DNA of 64,000 nt, taken from the NCBI GenBank assembly GCA_028534125.1, contig CM052818.1:11162001-11226000 (forward strand), written 5' to 3'. The stretch's first letter is position 1, and the number at the start of each line of letters is the position of its first letter. Below the pieces are notes generated by a model. It made no database searches. It was not told the origin of the DNA and was given only the letters and a program-made list of their open reading frames with translations. The DNA comes from Lama glama. Lineage: Eukaryota. Positions 62,829-64,000 of this stretch are shown here, one piece after another. The translations under genes and the position numbers were made by a program.

Positions 62829-64000
62829 GAATGATTCAATTCAAAAATTTTTAAATAATGTATTCAAATCAATTAAATAAGTATTTTTCACGTTTAAACT
62901 GGATCATTCTTTGGGCACAGAATCCTGAATGATGAAGCTATTTTATAAAGAATGCCTCCTTATTATTCATTTGGCTGATTGTAGCAAAAAGTTTGGATTT
63001 AATCATAGGATATTATGAAAGGAAAAAAAAATCTATAAGCATATGTAACTTTAGTTCAACTTTCTGTTTGCAGTTAAGAAACATGTTGCTATCTGCTACT
63101 AAAGTAGAAACAAAAATTTCAAACAAAACAAAAATGTTATCTTTTATTTTACTGATCCAATAAATGGGTATATGAGCTTGCTTCAAGTTTAAGAGATTAG
63201 TGTCATTTCTTATCAAAAATATCTCTATCGTTTTTTATTCCTTCTGGTAGAAAAATAAAACAAACAATGTTATAAATCCCAAAGGTCCATCCACCTAAAA
63301 GTATTACATTTAAAAAGACCAGCACTTCCAGGGGAAGACTAATGCTCTTTATTCTCAAGTCCTGAGATTTACTCCAGAGGACTTCTCGTATTTCTTAAAT
63401 CCTTAATAACTGAAATATCTTCAGCTGTTCTCTAAGTTACATGTAAGATCTCTGTAGCTTAAAAAAAAAGAAGAAAGTCATTTTATGAGACTTTGATCAA
63501 TACAAAATTAATATTGCAGGGACGATGAAACACTGGGGTGAGTTGATAATAAAAAACTTCAATACACCCTGTAACTGCTGCCAAAATAAGCAGGAAGTTA
63601 CTTTTCGTTTGAGCCGTCAGATTTCTCTTCTGTCTGCAAACAGATCAAAATTCAGGACATTTCACTACTGGAGAATCTCTAATGAGTGGTTAGTAAAATA
63701 CCCACCTTTCTGACTGCCACTGGATATCAAAAAATTACTCACTTCTGACTCAGTAATTACCCACCAAAAATTTAGATCAAGTGGTCGTCACGTCACCCAA
63801 ATTAGTACCTGACAAGGAGCGCTTTTGGCAAGGTTGGCAGCTGGGAAACAGGAAGTGAGTTGCAAAACATTACTAAAACTTGAAAATAACAGCCTTGAAG
63901 GTGTGTGATCTACCATTCAAATACTCTAAACTACTACAGAGAGAAAAATCACGCCTGGGCAGAGGGGACACTGGTGGAGCCAGTGGAGGAGGTGAAGCAA

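Noticed and set aside
1..64000. CRISPR array, prokaryotic operon or defence system
   Set aside because: No regularly spaced direct repeats or gene-dense ORFs; the sequence is typical repeat-rich mammalian DNA.

Overview
Mammalian genomic DNA, very probably camelid (alpaca/llama/camel): it carries three copies of a tRNA-derived SINE matching the camelid Vic-1 family as I remember it. The window is non-coding and rich in repeats: MIR, L2, old and younger L1, MaLR/MLT1 LTRs, hAT MERs, a MADE2 mariner MITE and one ancient CR1/L3 fragment. No long ORF, recognisable host protein-coding exon, rRNA, true tRNA or CRISPR array was found. The only protein homologies I recognise are LINE ORF2 remnants. 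The main non-repeat signal is a chain of minus-strand splice-bounded segments at about 2.2-6.6 kb, possibly starting from a CpG-rich promoter-like region at about 13.9-14.2 kb. This looks like a lncRNA or a multi-exon 5' leader with short ORFs; I could not identify the gene. An exactly 500-N gap (14205-14704) probably marks a scaffolding join. There are also several enhancer-, insulator- or CpG-island-like patches. I found no convincing novel biological system. Repeat subfamily names come from memory of consensus sequences, and repeat boundaries are approximate.
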